Shown here: piece by piece, positions 16,771-26,408 of the stretch
How the letters are laid out: each line of letters starts with the position of its first letter
Numbering within the stretch: position 1 is the first letter of the stretch
The notes under the pieces: model-generated
Seen by the model: only the letters and a program-made list of their open reading frames with translations
The model's database searches: none
Told to the model about the DNA's origin: nothing
Made by a program: the position numbers and the translations under genes
IMG/VR virus record: IMGVR_UViG_3300013307_000002
Location: 18,362 to 82,361 of that record
Length of the DNA stretch: 64,000 nucleotides
Reading direction: 5' to 3' (one strand)
From: a virus

Positions 16771-17160
16771 ATGACCGATATTACCCCTGAGTCACTGCTG
16801 GAAGAGAGTAAAGTATTGGCATCAAAAGCGGCTGGCGCTACTGTCGAAAGTGTGTTGATTGGCAACCTGAAGCGTTGGGATACCAATCTGAAAATTGCTC
16901 GTGACAACATTTCAACCTACAAAATGACCTCGAAAGCTACCGGCCTTCTGCTGTCTAAGCTTAAAGCTAAGCGTCTGGTTGCAGATCGTAATGGTGGCGG
17001 TAATATCACTTCTCGCCTGACCAAGCAAATCAACACTGGTCGTAATATCATCAACGAATCTCGTCAGATGATTGAAGAAGAAATCACCTCTGCCCAGCGG
17101 TTTTATGAAATCCGCAAAAGTGTTCTCGGCGCTCTGCGTCTTTATTATTCTCAGATGTAA
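16771..17160 (+). CDS. Coiled-coil hypothetical protein
   Basis: 129-aa ORF with good codon bias. Confidence 0.7.
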   Translation: MTDITPESLLEESKVLASKAAGATVESVLIGNLKRWDTNLKIARDNISTYKMTSKATGLLLSKLKAKRLVADRNGGGNITSRLTKQINTGRNIINESRQMIEEEITSAQRFYEIRKSVLGALRLYYSQM

Positions 17161-17172
17161 GAGGTAACTACT

Positions 17173-17640
17173 GTGACGGATTTTGTTTTGGAAGCATCTA
17201 AATTAGCGGCTCAGTTTCATCAGGGTCAAAAGTATGGCAACCTCGATTACTTCGAGGGTCATATTGATTCAGTCGCAACTCAAGCTGATGTAATTGCATA
17301 TGGTTTGAAGTTTAGTAGTGAAGAAATCCGCCATGTGGTTGCCGCTGCGTATCTTCATGATATTCTTGAGGATACTTTCTGTGAAGCTAAAACTCTCCTT
17401 GAGAAAGGTATACCGCATGTTGTTGTAACTGCTGTCGGTGTTCTGACTAAAGGGTGCGAGTCTAAGAGTCAGTATTTAGCGGCTATCTCTTGTAGTAGAA
17501 TAGCTACTGTCGTTAAATTGGCTGACAGCATGGTGAACTTAAGGGCTTGTATTGCTGATGGCAAATTTGTCAAAGCTCTTAAGTATTCAGACAACATCAA
17601 CTTTCTTACGACTGTTATTAGTCGTTGGAGTGGTCAATGA
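17173..17640 (+). CDS. HD-domain hydrolase (SpoT/Mesh1-like small alarmone hydrolase)
   Basis: H.GQKYG..Y..HI...AAAYLHDILEDT...VKLAD..NL motifs. Confidence 0.85.
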   Translation: MTDFVLEASKLAAQFHQGQKYGNLDYFEGHIDSVATQADVIAYGLKFSSEEIRHVVAAAYLHDILEDTFCEAKTLLEKGIPHVVVTAVGVLTKGCESKSQYLAAISCSRIATVVKLADSMVNLRACIADGKFVKALKYSDNINFLTTVISRWSGQ

Positions 17641-17852
17641 AAAAAGCTGTATTAGTTTTAATCGCTGTAGCAGCACTGCTTTTGATTTTCCGTGGTTACG
17701 GTCTGGTCAAATGTACTGTTGCTCAGTATGACCTTAAGCGTCCTACCCATTACAGTTTCGTAACTGGTAACTGTATGGTAGACACTGAAAAAGGTCGCAT
17801 CTACCTGAAATCTCTTCGTGGCTATGGAGATGCTGATAGTGAGTCACACTGA
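17637..17852 (+). CDS. Small membrane-anchored protein
   Basis: N-terminal hydrophobic helix; start coupled to the upstream stop. Confidence 0.6.
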   Translation: MKKAVLVLIAVAALLLIFRGYGLVKCTVAQYDLKRPTHYSFVTGNCMVDTEKGRIYLKSLRGYGDADSESH

Positions 17853-17987
17853 GCCAGTTAATATGATGGATCGTGCTCCCTTTTTAGTAGGTGAGCTGGT
17901 AGGTCATCGTCCATTCATCTTTTATAAATTCGACAAGCGTTACTATATGTCGATTGTCAACAAACCAAATCAAAAGGTAATTCACTA

Positions 17988-18422
17988 ATGTTCGGACTGA
18001 AAAAGAAACTGCAATCCCTGATCTCTTCCATCAAAAAGATCGAAAATAAATCTGCATTCCAAGCTGCTGTAGCTTCTGCTGTTTGGGTAGCTGCTGCTGA
18101 TGGCTCTATCGACGATAACGAACTGGATCTGCTGGAAAAACTGATCAAAGGCAACGATAAGCTGTCTAACTTCTCCAGCGAAATCGATTCTGAAATGGGC
18201 AAATGGGTTGCTGCCTTCACTGGCGGTGGTAAGCGTTCTGCAATGCTTCAGGTAAACGCTCTGCTGGATTCCATCAAAACTGACCGTGCTGCTGCTGAGC
18301 AGGTACTGGTTACTGTCATTGATGTGGCAGATACTGATAATAACATCGACGAAAATGAAGCGGCTGTCGTTCGTCAGGTTGCTTCCCGCCTCGGCCTGAA
18401 TGCTTCTAATTACGGCCTGTAA
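17988..18422 (+). CDS. terB: TerB-family tellurite-resistance protein
   Basis: VAAADGSIDDNE...VADTDNNIDENE duplicated metal-binding motif. Confidence 0.9.
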   Translation: MFGLKKKLQSLISSIKKIENKSAFQAAVASAVWVAAADGSIDDNELDLLEKLIKGNDKLSNFSSEIDSEMGKWVAAFTGGGKRSAMLQVNALLDSIKTDRAAAEQVLVTVIDVADTDNNIDENEAAVVRQVASRLGLNASNYGL

Positions 18423-18565
18423 TAAATGCTGATGGTCTTTCTTCAACTGTGGTGGATAGTGGCAGTGTTCGTAATAATACTGCTTTATACGTTCTAAGTT
18501 GATTACTTATAAGCCTCTACGGGGGCTTATTATTGATTAATCTTTGTGACAATAAGAGGTTCAAT

Positions 18566-19447
18566 ATGATTCGTCTTAAAATTAATAATGTCGATGTAGC
18601 CTTAAATCAGGTTTCATTCTCAGATGGAGCTAAGAGCTTATCACTTCGTGGTGCCTTACCTACCTACTGTAATAACGCCACCATTGAAGCAACACCCGAT
18701 GGCAGCCTTCCAGAGCTTTTCTTTGAAATTGCTCAATGTGTAGATGTTCTTCGTCAGAAGAATAATCGCATTGAAATTAAACTGATCATGCCTTACATTC
18801 CATATGCAAGACAAGATCGTCCAATGGTGCGCAACGATTCCTTCTCTCTCAGAGTGTTCGCTGATTTACTCAACAGCTTAAACCTCGATAAAGTTATTGT
18901 TGTCGATGCCCATAGCAATGTAAGCACCGCGTTAATTCGTAACTGTGTGCATATCGAGCAGCATCAGCTCATTTCATATTCTCCGATTCTGGTTATCTTC
19001 CCTAAAGATTGCGTTCTGGTTGCTCCAGACGAAGGATCTCTGAAGAAGATTAATAAGGTTGCTGATGTTGTTAAGCCTGCTGGCGTTGTTGTAATGTCTA
19101 AAGAGCGTGACGTTTCGACAGGACAAATTATTGGATCTTCGATTGTGTCTAGCCCTTTCCAATCGTTAGAAGGTCGAACCTGTACGATTGTTGATGATAT
19201 CTGCGATGGCGGAGCAACATTCATCAGTATCGCACAAAAGCTTAAAGAAGCTGGAGTTGAGCGTGTGTATCTCTGGGTTACTCATGGCATATTCAGTAAA
19301 GGTCTGACACCTTTGCTAGAGCAGGGTATTGATGGTGTCTACACCACAAACAGCCTGAACCAGTCTAAGCAACTTGACAAAGATTGGCGTGGTAAATTCT
19401 GCTCTTTCAACCTCTCTCCTATGATTTCCGCAAGAAGTTTAATGTGA
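18566..19447 (+). CDS. PRPP-synthetase-like protein (probable NARP1 ADPR-PP synthetase, Adps)
   Basis: FSDG, MPYIPYARQDR, VDAHS, APDEG, IVDDICDGGATF, VTHGIFS motifs; adjacent to a NAMPT-like gene. Confidence 0.9.
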   Translation: MIRLKINNVDVALNQVSFSDGAKSLSLRGALPTYCNNATIEATPDGSLPELFFEIAQCVDVLRQKNNRIEIKLIMPYIPYARQDRPMVRNDSFSLRVFADLLNSLNLDKVIVVDAHSNVSTALIRNCVHIEQHQLISYSPILVIFPKDCVLVAPDEGSLKKINKVADVVKPAGVVVMSKERDVSTGQIIGSSIVSSPFQSLEGRTCTIVDDICDGGATFISIAQKLKEAGVERVYLWVTHGIFSKGLTPLLEQGIDGVYTTNSLNQSKQLDKDWRGKFCSFNLSPMISARSLM

Positions 19448-19474
19448 TTACTATCTCTGATAATAGGATGTAAA

Positions 19475-21109
19475 ATGGATCTGAATCCGATTTTTGCAAT
19501 TGATGGCTATAAAACTTCACATCGTGACCAATACCCATCAGGCACTGAGAAGGTGTACGGCAACTTTACCCCTCGCAGTAATAAGCACTTTGACTCTCCA
19601 TTCTTTGCTAAACGCAAAGGTGGTAGCCCTCTGATTTGGGCTGGCTCTCAGGCGCTGGTTCTTCAGTGGTTGTGCAAAAACTTCAATCAGTATTTCTTCA
19701 ATGCTGATAAAACTCGCACGGTCAATGAGTTCAAATCTTTTATGGACTCATATCTCGGCAAAAATGCTGTTTCTGTAGATGGCATTGCTGCACTTCATGA
19801 CCTCGGATATCTGCCTCTGGAGATTAAATCTCTCCCTGAAGGTAGTTTCGTTGAAATGAAAACGCCAGTGCTTACCATCACAAATACTCTGCCTGAATTC
19901 TTCTGGCTGGTTAACTATCTGGAAACCCTGTTCAGCGCTGAGCTTTGGCCTGTAGCAACTGCTGCCACGATCGGTTTCAACTACCGCTGTATTGGCGAGT
20001 ATTGGGCAGCCAAGACTTGTGACAATTCAGAGCACATTGGTTGGCAGTTCCATGACTTCTCTGCCCGTGGTGACATGGGTATGTGGGCTAACACTCTGGT
20101 TGGTATGGGGCATCTGTTCTCCTTCACCGGCACTGATTCAGTGGCTGCTCTGCGTCGTCTGCAAATGCAGTATGAGATTGATTGTCTGGATGGTGGTTCT
20201 ATCCCAGCGACAGAGCATAGCGTGATGTGTATGGGGACTAAGGACGGTGAACTTGAAACGTTCCGCCGTCTTGTTCAAGATATCTATCCATCAGGCCCAA
20301 TGGCAGCAGTGGGTGATACTTGGGATTGGTGGAAAGTCCTTCTTGAGTATGCTTCCCAACTGAAAGAGATTATTTTGTCCCGCGAAGGCAAAGTAGTTTT
20401 CCGTCCAGACTCAGGTGACCCGGTAGATATTATCTGCGGTGAGCAGTTCATCGATCTGGATAGTTGTACTCATCTTGGCGAAGCACTTACTACTATGCTG
20501 CGTGCTAGAGCTGAAGGTCTTGTTTGCCGTTTTAATGGCGAATATTTCCGTCTAGTTGACGGTGGCTTTGTTCAAGTTCCTGAACACATCATCAAAGGCT
20601 CTATTCAGTTGCTGTGGGAAATCTTTGGTGGCACGATCAATAAGAAGGGCTTCAAAGTTCTGAACCCTAAAGTTGGTCTGATTTATGGTGATAGCATCAC
20701 TATGGAACGTGCTGAAGAGATTTTCGAACGCTTAGCCAATAAGAGCTTTGCGTCGTCCAACGTAGTGCTGGGTATTGGTTCTTATACCTATCAGTATGTT
20801 ACTCGTGACACGTTTGGTTTTGCCATGAAAGCTACTTATGGCGTTGTTAATGGCGAACCTCGTGAAATCTTTAAAGACCCTGCTACCGATGATGGGACTA
20901 AGAAGTCTCTGAAAGGTCTGCTATGCCACACGGTTAATGATCGTGGTGAATGGTCAGTTAAAGATCAAGTAACCCCTGAAGAAGAGGCTAAGAGCGAGCT
21001 GACCACTATCTTTAAAGATGGTAAGGTCACTGGTCACACTTCCCTTCAGGAAATTCGTAACCGCGTATCTTATGCGGTGTCTAAATTCGTGGCAGAACGT
21101 TCTGTCTAA
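19475..21109 (+). CDS. Nicotinamide phosphoribosyltransferase-like protein (probable NARP1 Namat)
   Basis: DGYKTSH, HDFSARG, PATEHSVM, RPDSGDP, LIYGDSI, TRDTFGFAMKAT motifs. Confidence 0.92.
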   Translation: MDLNPIFAIDGYKTSHRDQYPSGTEKVYGNFTPRSNKHFDSPFFAKRKGGSPLIWAGSQALVLQWLCKNFNQYFFNADKTRTVNEFKSFMDSYLGKNAVSVDGIAALHDLGYLPLEIKSLPEGSFVEMKTPVLTITNTLPEFFWLVNYLETLFSAELWPVATAATIGFNYRCIGEYWAAKTCDNSEHIGWQFHDFSARGDMGMWANTLVGMGHLFSFTGTDSVAALRRLQMQYEIDCLDGGSIPATEHSVMCMGTKDGELETFRRLVQDIYPSGPMAAVGDTWDWWKVLLEYASQLKEIILSREGKVVFRPDSGDPVDIICGEQFIDLDSCTHLGEALTTMLRARAEGLVCRFNGEYFRLVDGGFVQVPEHIIKGSIQLLWEIFGGTINKKGFKVLNPKVGLIYGDSITMERAEEIFERLANKSFASSNVVLGIGSYTYQYVTRDTFGFAMKATYGVVNGEPREIFKDPATDDGTKKSLKGLLCHTVNDRGEWSVKDQVTPEEEAKSELTTIFKDGKVTGHTSLQEIRNRVSYAVSKFVAERSV

Positions 21110-21133
21110 CAACCCAAAACAGAGGCTTAACTG

Positions 21134-22063
21134 ATGGGTAATCCATTCTGGTTGTATGTTGCACTAGCTGTAACTTTGGTAGTGTCTATCTTTGTTGATT
21201 TTATTGGTCACAAGGAAGGCAAAGAACAAACTTTGGCCTCAAGCGTTGTATGGTCATTGTTCTGGATTGCAGCAGCCGTAACACTCGGTGGTTATATCTA
21301 CCTTGTTTATGGGTCAACTGCTGCCAGTGAATACTTCTCAGGCTATGCAATGGAGAAAGCACTCTCTATTGATAACTTGATGGTGTTTGTTGCTATCTTC
21401 TCGTTCTTCGGTATCAAAGACAGTTATCGAAAGCATAAGATCCTGCTATGGGGTATTGCTGGAGCACTTGTGTTCCGTGCAATATTTGTAGCTTTAGGTA
21501 CTACGTTGTTCCATCTACATTGGAGCGTCGAAGTTATCTTTGGCTTACTGGTTATCTTTTCAGCTTACGCTTTGGTCAAAGGTGGAGATGATGAAGAAGA
21601 GGAAAACTATAATGAAAAACCGTACATCAGGCTGGTTCGCAAGTTCTACCCTGTGGACTCAGACTCTAACAGTAGCCGCTTTTTTACTGTTAATAACGGT
21701 GTTCGTTATGTTACGCCTATGTTTCTTTGTCTGCTCACTGTTGAGCTTAGCGACATTATGTTTTCGTTCGACTCCGTGCCAGCAGTTATCGGAATCACGA
21801 AAGAGCCACCTCTGGTATATGCGGCGATGATTATGGCCATTCTTGGCCTGAGAGCGCTGTTCTTCGTACTAGGCTGGATGATGAAGCATCTGACACGTCT
21901 CGACGCTTTCGTAGCACTTATTCTAGTGTTTGTTGGTGTTAAACTTGTTGGACACCCTTTTGGGTTGGAAATCGGGGCAACGCAAAGTCTTTATGTGGTG
22001 CTCGGTTTGCTGTTGGCTGGCGTACTTGTTTCTTTGGTTCTCCCTAAGAAAGAGAACGATTAA
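21134..22063 (+). CDS. terC: TerC/Alx-family integral membrane protein
   Basis: EKALSIDNL, ELSDIMFSFDSVPA, AILGLRALFF signatures. Confidence 0.93.
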   Translation: MGNPFWLYVALAVTLVVSIFVDFIGHKEGKEQTLASSVVWSLFWIAAAVTLGGYIYLVYGSTAASEYFSGYAMEKALSIDNLMVFVAIFSFFGIKDSYRKHKILLWGIAGALVFRAIFVALGTTLFHLHWSVEVIFGLLVIFSAYALVKGGDDEEEENYNEKPYIRLVRKFYPVDSDSNSSRFFTVNNGVRYVTPMFLCLLTVELSDIMFSFDSVPAVIGITKEPPLVYAAMIMAILGLRALFFVLGWMMKHLTRLDAFVALILVFVGVKLVGHPFGLEIGATQSLYVVLGLLLAGVLVSLVLPKKEND

Positions 22064-22325
22064 ACAGCATCACATATTGGACTCTAACAAGGAGGTTCAA
22101 TATGTTCCACTTTCTGTTTATGTCAATGCTAACTTTTGCAACAGGTTATGCAGCTTGGCATGTCGTAGGATTCTTTATTGGTTGGATTCTTGAGCTGTTA
22201 GGTTATCAGTTAGAGTTCACGAACGATAAAGATGACGAAGATTCTGACGAAGAATAAGAGAGTTTTTAACTTCGAGGGTGTCAGTTATTCTGACTTCCCT
22301 CTTTTAAACATTCTCAGGAGGTAAT

Positions 22326-22682
22326 ATGTTTAGAGGTAAAAAATGGACTCCTGAAGCTATTGAAGCTTTTGGTAAGTCCTATGAAACAGATGGCCCGAAA
22401 GCAACCGCTGCTAAATACGGTTTAACAGTAAAACATACGTATTCCTTAGCAGGTCGGTATGGTTTTAAATCTAATCCCCATAAGAACAATTGGGATGAAG
22501 GTGATGATTATTTAGTGGTTGGCCTTCATTTAGAAGGTGTGAGCCACAAAGAGATAGCACGTAAGATGGATAAGACAGAGTGGCAAATTAGCGCTCTTAT
22601 TGCCTCTTTACGGGCTAAAGGTAAGTTTGACGACTTAATGAATCGTCATGTCCGTTCTAAGTTTAAATGGGTGAAACAATGA
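22326..22682 (+). CDS. HTH DNA-binding protein
   Basis: WT..E and GVSHKEIARKM motifs. Confidence 0.65.
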   Translation: MFRGKKWTPEAIEAFGKSYETDGPKATAAKYGLTVKHTYSLAGRYGFKSNPHKNNWDEGDDYLVVGLHLEGVSHKEIARKMDKTEWQISALIASLRAKGKFDDLMNRHVRSKFKWVKQ

Positions 22683-22966
22683 AATCTACAGCAGTTTTGA
22701 CTAATCCAGTGGTTATTTGTACTGGAACTGCTATTGAAGCAGAAACAGGCACTGCAATCTGGTTAGGGTGGGGAAACATCAAAGATGATACTTCTTCAGT
22801 CGGAGATCGTCCTTTTCCTGATGGGACGCAAATTCGCACTTCTCCCATCGAAGATATCGTAACTGAGGACGGAAAGCAGTATTTAGTCACCCGTAACTCA
22901 GTTTATGAGATTTCTGGCGAAATTAACTATCAAGGGCCAGTTTTCATTAAAAAAGCTGGTAATTGA
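22679..22966 (+). CDS. Conserved phage hypothetical protein
   Basis: FPDGTQIRTSPI...TRNSVYE motif seen in small phage proteins. Confidence 0.65.
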   Translation: MKSTAVLTNPVVICTGTAIEAETGTAIWLGWGNIKDDTSSVGDRPFPDGTQIRTSPIEDIVTEDGKQYLVTRNSVYEISGEINYQGPVFIKKAGN

Positions 22967-23035
22967 GTTTTAGCCCCTTTTCGGAGGGGTTTTTACTGAA
23001 TTACTACACTAAACTCAATAATAGAAGGAAATATC

Positions 23036-23236
23036 ATGTTTAAGCCAAAACCAACCCACGCTTCAGCTATGAAACTGTTCACCGAAGCGAAAAACGAGCT
23101 GGAAGCAGCTCAAGAGATCAACCGTGCTGAAAAAGCTGAACTGACTGAAAAAATGTCAGCAGTTGAGAAAGAAGAAGCAGCTATTAACCAGTCTCTGTCC
23201 TTCTTCAACACCCTTTTCGGTACAAACAATGCATAA
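23036..23236 (+). CDS. Small coiled-coil protein
   Basis: AAGGA RBS; 66 aa. Confidence 0.65.
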   Translation: MFKPKPTHASAMKLFTEAKNELEAAQEINRAEKAELTEKMSAVEKEEAAINQSLSFFNTLFGTNNA

Positions 23237-23699
23237 GCAGCGTTTTCTGATTCCAAGCCTCATTTTAGGGGCTTTTCTCTTATCAGGGTGCGATGATAGT
23301 GATGTGTCTCGCACTAAATTCACTGCTGAACAGCAAATCCGGCTGGCAGAGATTAAATCTCAAGAACGTATTGAGTTAGCGCGTATTTCTAAAGAAGAAA
23401 ATCGCCGAAATCTGCAAGCCCAACAGGAAGCTTCATATAATGAAGATCGTGAAGTGTATCTCGATAGTTCTAATCGTCATAGCACTAGCGATGCTAACTA
23501 TGATGGCGGGAATGGTGTGGGGTCTCACGTTCTTGCTGCCAGTGCTGGGGCTGTAGGCGGATATTTAGCTGGTAAAGCTATATCTAAGCCTGATAATCAG
23601 CAAAAAGTTTCTCAGTATAAGCGTAAAGCCTATACTCAATACCGCTTTGCTAAAAGCAAGGCATCTTCAAAATATCGTTCTCTGAAAAAACGCAAATAA
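23229..23699 (+). CDS. Lipoprotein
   Basis: LLSGC lipobox; glycine-zipper-like AGAVGGYLAG. Confidence 0.7.
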   Translation: MHKQRFLIPSLILGAFLLSGCDDSDVSRTKFTAEQQIRLAEIKSQERIELARISKEENRRNLQAQQEASYNEDREVYLDSSNRHSTSDANYDGGNGVGSHVLAASAGAVGGYLAGKAISKPDNQQKVSQYKRKAYTQYRFAKSKASSKYRSLKKRK

Positions 23700-23712
23700 A
23701 AGGTAATAGCAA

Positions 23713-23988
23713 ATGCTTAAAATTCACGTAAAGTTGTTAGCTAAAATTCGTTTAATTTCTCTGCGTGACATGGAAGTCGGCATGGTCTATCGAGGGTATA
23801 AGGGATTACCCAAAATCGTAGTCCATAAAACTCGTTGTACTGTTGTTGTTCGTAATCTTGGGGAGGAAAAAACATTCCCCTTCAGTATTACACGAAAAGC
23901 AGGCACTAAGCCTTTCCAAGTATTTGCTTTTACTCGTAATGACCAGAGTGATATTGATACACTGGTAAGTAAAACCCCTGCCAAATAA
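23713..23988 (+). CDS. Hypothetical protein
   Basis: ORF in operon. Confidence 0.6.
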   Translation: MLKIHVKLLAKIRLISLRDMEVGMVYRGYKGLPKIVVHKTRCTVVVRNLGEEKTFPFSITRKAGTKPFQVFAFTRNDQSDIDTLVSKTPAK

Positions 23989-23997
23989 GGATCTGTC

Positions 23998-24375
23998 GTG
24001 GCTAAACTTCGTCCAATTGTCGGTACTGTAGCAAATCTGTCTCTTCTTACTGAAATCGCTGAGCGTAATGTTGTTTCAGCACAAGAGCAGGCTCAGTATT
24101 TCTTCAAAGCCATTCAGGCAGCTCGTAAAAAGCTGAATGAAACGATCAGTCGTCAAAAAAACATCAAAGCAACAATTCGTCGTCGTGCTAAGTTGGGTAA
24201 TATGCCGAAAGGCGCTTTTAAAGACCTGCTTAACATGAAAGCTGAGGCTGCTTACAAAGAGTCTCAGATTCGTGCTGAAATTGAAAGCTTCAAATCTAAT
24301 TTGAATGTTTGTCGTGAAGTAGAATTCAGCTACGCTTCAATGTTGAAGTTGATTGACCTTCAATCCGATAAGTAA
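23998..24375 (+). CDS. Coiled-coil hypothetical protein
   Basis: ORF in operon. Confidence 0.6.
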   Translation: MAKLRPIVGTVANLSLLTEIAERNVVSAQEQAQYFFKAIQAARKKLNETISRQKNIKATIRRRAKLGNMPKGAFKDLLNMKAEAAYKESQIRAEIESFKSNLNVCREVEFSYASMLKLIDLQSDK

Positions 24376-24383
24376 GGGTATTT

Positions 24384-25553
24384 ATGTTCCCGGTGACTCT
24401 TGAAAGCGTCGGGGGTTTGTTGCAAACGTATCAGACCCCTTGTTATGGTTTCCTTCATGAAGGTGAGTGGTGGAGTGAGAATTATGCATTCGTTGATGGC
24501 TGGCAAAACATGGTCAGTTATCCGTATCATTCCGCTTCACCACAACAGCCTTTTGGGTTCTACTGCCTACAAAACTATGGGTCTACGGTTTTTTCAGAAG
24601 AAGATAGAATCGAGTTAGATGATCTTCGTTATATCTGGAATAGTGGCGCTGTTCTTCCGACTGTAGGTTTGGGTAAAGATAATAATCCCAAAAACCCTAT
24701 TGCTAAGCAGCATTGGGGTAGCTCAAAGATCTCCTATGGTGAAGAACCAGCAACACCAGTGGATAATGTAGCTCTGTGGAGCCAAGCATCTGGAATACCT
24801 TACACTCGTAAGGAGTTCTTAGAAGCTCTTGAATCTTGGATTGATGCTGGAAGAAGTTCCGCAATGGTTTGGGATCATCGTGGCTTCATGGGTGTTCGAG
24901 CTGATGTTCCTGCTGACAGGGCTTTGTTTTATCTCATGGTAGATAGAGAGCTTTGGGATAATGATGTGAAGTCTAAGACTAACTTCATTATGGATCAGAT
25001 TCATAAGAAGGGACGTAATCCTATGATTGCCTTCCTCATGAGTCGATTAGTCTCGATTGAAACCAATGCTGTTGGTCAGACTAAGATGTACTACACTGGC
25101 AACACAGGGGATAACTGTATTTTACCTGATTCTTTACTGGTTAAAGGGTTAGGTTCTAAGTACAAAGAACCTCTTGCTGTCGAGTGGGAGCAATCTTGCT
25201 ATTCTGACAACTGTCCGCATGAAAGGGATGAAGATATCGATGAAAGAAAAGGTGGCTGGTACTTCGAATCAGAAGAGTTCTGCGCTACTGTTTCCAACTC
25301 AATGTTTAACCCACTGTTCATGCTAGAGCAAAGCAGCACCTCTGCCGTCTCCCTGATTGGGGAAGGTGAAGAAGCTACTCCGATTAATAAGCTATTCGGG
25401 ATTGAAGTGCTAGGTGAGTCTGTATTCCGATCTAGTAACTATCGATATTGGGAAATTGGTGAAATTATCAATGCCCTATCGGAAAGCGACGAAACAAAAA
25501 TCCCTTCCTCAGAGTGGGAAGATGTTATGTATAAACTCCTTATGGGTGAATAA
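24384..25553 (+). CDS. Hypothetical protein heading the amidoligase cluster
   Basis: 389-aa ORF. Confidence 0.7.
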   Translation: MFPVTLESVGGLLQTYQTPCYGFLHEGEWWSENYAFVDGWQNMVSYPYHSASPQQPFGFYCLQNYGSTVFSEEDRIELDDLRYIWNSGAVLPTVGLGKDNNPKNPIAKQHWGSSKISYGEEPATPVDNVALWSQASGIPYTRKEFLEALESWIDAGRSSAMVWDHRGFMGVRADVPADRALFYLMVDRELWDNDVKSKTNFIMDQIHKKGRNPMIAFLMSRLVSIETNAVGQTKMYYTGNTGDNCILPDSLLVKGLGSKYKEPLAVEWEQSCYSDNCPHERDEDIDERKGGWYFESEEFCATVSNSMFNPLFMLEQSSTSAVSLIGEGEEATPINKLFGIEVLGESVFRSSNYRYWEIGEIINALSESDETKIPSSEWEDVMYKLLMGE

Positions 25554-25556
25554 AAA

Positions 25557-26408
25557 ATGTCAACATCCTTTCTGTCCGCTCCCTCTGTCCCTCTACGAAA
25601 TGGGAGAGTAGTGGAGCAATCCCGTAGAGCGTGCTTCGGTGAGTATAATCGACTTTCTGATGAAGCTAGAAGCACACTGGAAGTCATGGAGTGGCACCCA
25701 GAAACATCTAACGGGTATAAACAGGCAAAGGAATGTCGTGAATTTATTAGCAGCTTTGGTTTCTGGAAAGATGTGTATCGAGTGACAACACTGAGTGGAA
25801 TGGCTGCTGATATCCGAGATAAACCTGCTGATTTAATTATCACTGGTTTCATGGCGGCAAGAAACTTTAGCCAGCGTCAGTATGAGTTTTTGGCAGATGG
25901 CGGTTCTTTCCCTGAAGGAACTACCTATCTTGATTCGTGCCGATACAGCTTTCTTGCCTCAGTGATTGGCGGGTCTGTTGGGGCTTTTGGTTTCAACTAC
26001 ACCGACCCGCGTAATGGCGAGAGTGGTCTTTGTCGTTTGTTAGAAGAAGATGATGCTTATGGCTTATATCTTCTGGCGTTTGGTAGTAAAGAAGAGTGTG
26101 AAGGGGCTTTCTTTCAACATCCACTGTTTACTCCGGGCACCCCTAATGACAACGGTTATCTGAGAGATGATCACCGTACCACTGCACGGAGCATGATGCG
26201 CCAGATGGGCTACACACCTCAGCAAGTAGATGTGTGGCGATCAATGTCTGATTGGCTCCGGCTGTTCCTGACCTCATCTAAAGCTCAGGCTTCTGGTAAG
26301 TTAGGTCGCTTAACTGTAGGACAGTTTATCTCTCGTCATTCACAACGTGGTAATGATATTACTACCTTCGTATCTATGTTTGAAGAACTTAAGGATATGT
26401 ACTCATGA
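25557..26408 (+). CDS. Hypothetical protein of the amidoligase cluster
   Basis: 283-aa ORF coupled to the downstream ligase. Confidence 0.7.
   Translation: MSTSFLSAPSVPLRNGRVVEQSRRACFGEYNRLSDEARSTLEVMEWHPETSNGYKQAKECREFISSFGFWKDVYRVTTLSGMAADIRDKPADLIITGFMAARNFSQRQYEFLADGGSFPEGTTYLDSCRYSFLASVIGGSVGAFGFNYTDPRNGESGLCRLLEEDDAYGLYLLAFGSKEECEGAFFQHPLFTPGTPNDNGYLRDDHRTTARSMMRQMGYTPQQVDVWRSMSDWLRLFLTSSKAQASGKLGRLTVGQFISRHSQRGNDITTFVSMFEELKDMYS

Noticed and set aside
5298-17178. ACTACTGTGACG copies as a CRISPR array or CRP sites
   Set aside because: Spacing is irregular (kilobases), there are no cas genes, and the TCACA second half-site is missing.
16771-24375. Paralogy of coiled-coil ORFs 16771-17160 and 23998-24375
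   Set aside because: Similar size and composition only; no convincing alignment by eye.
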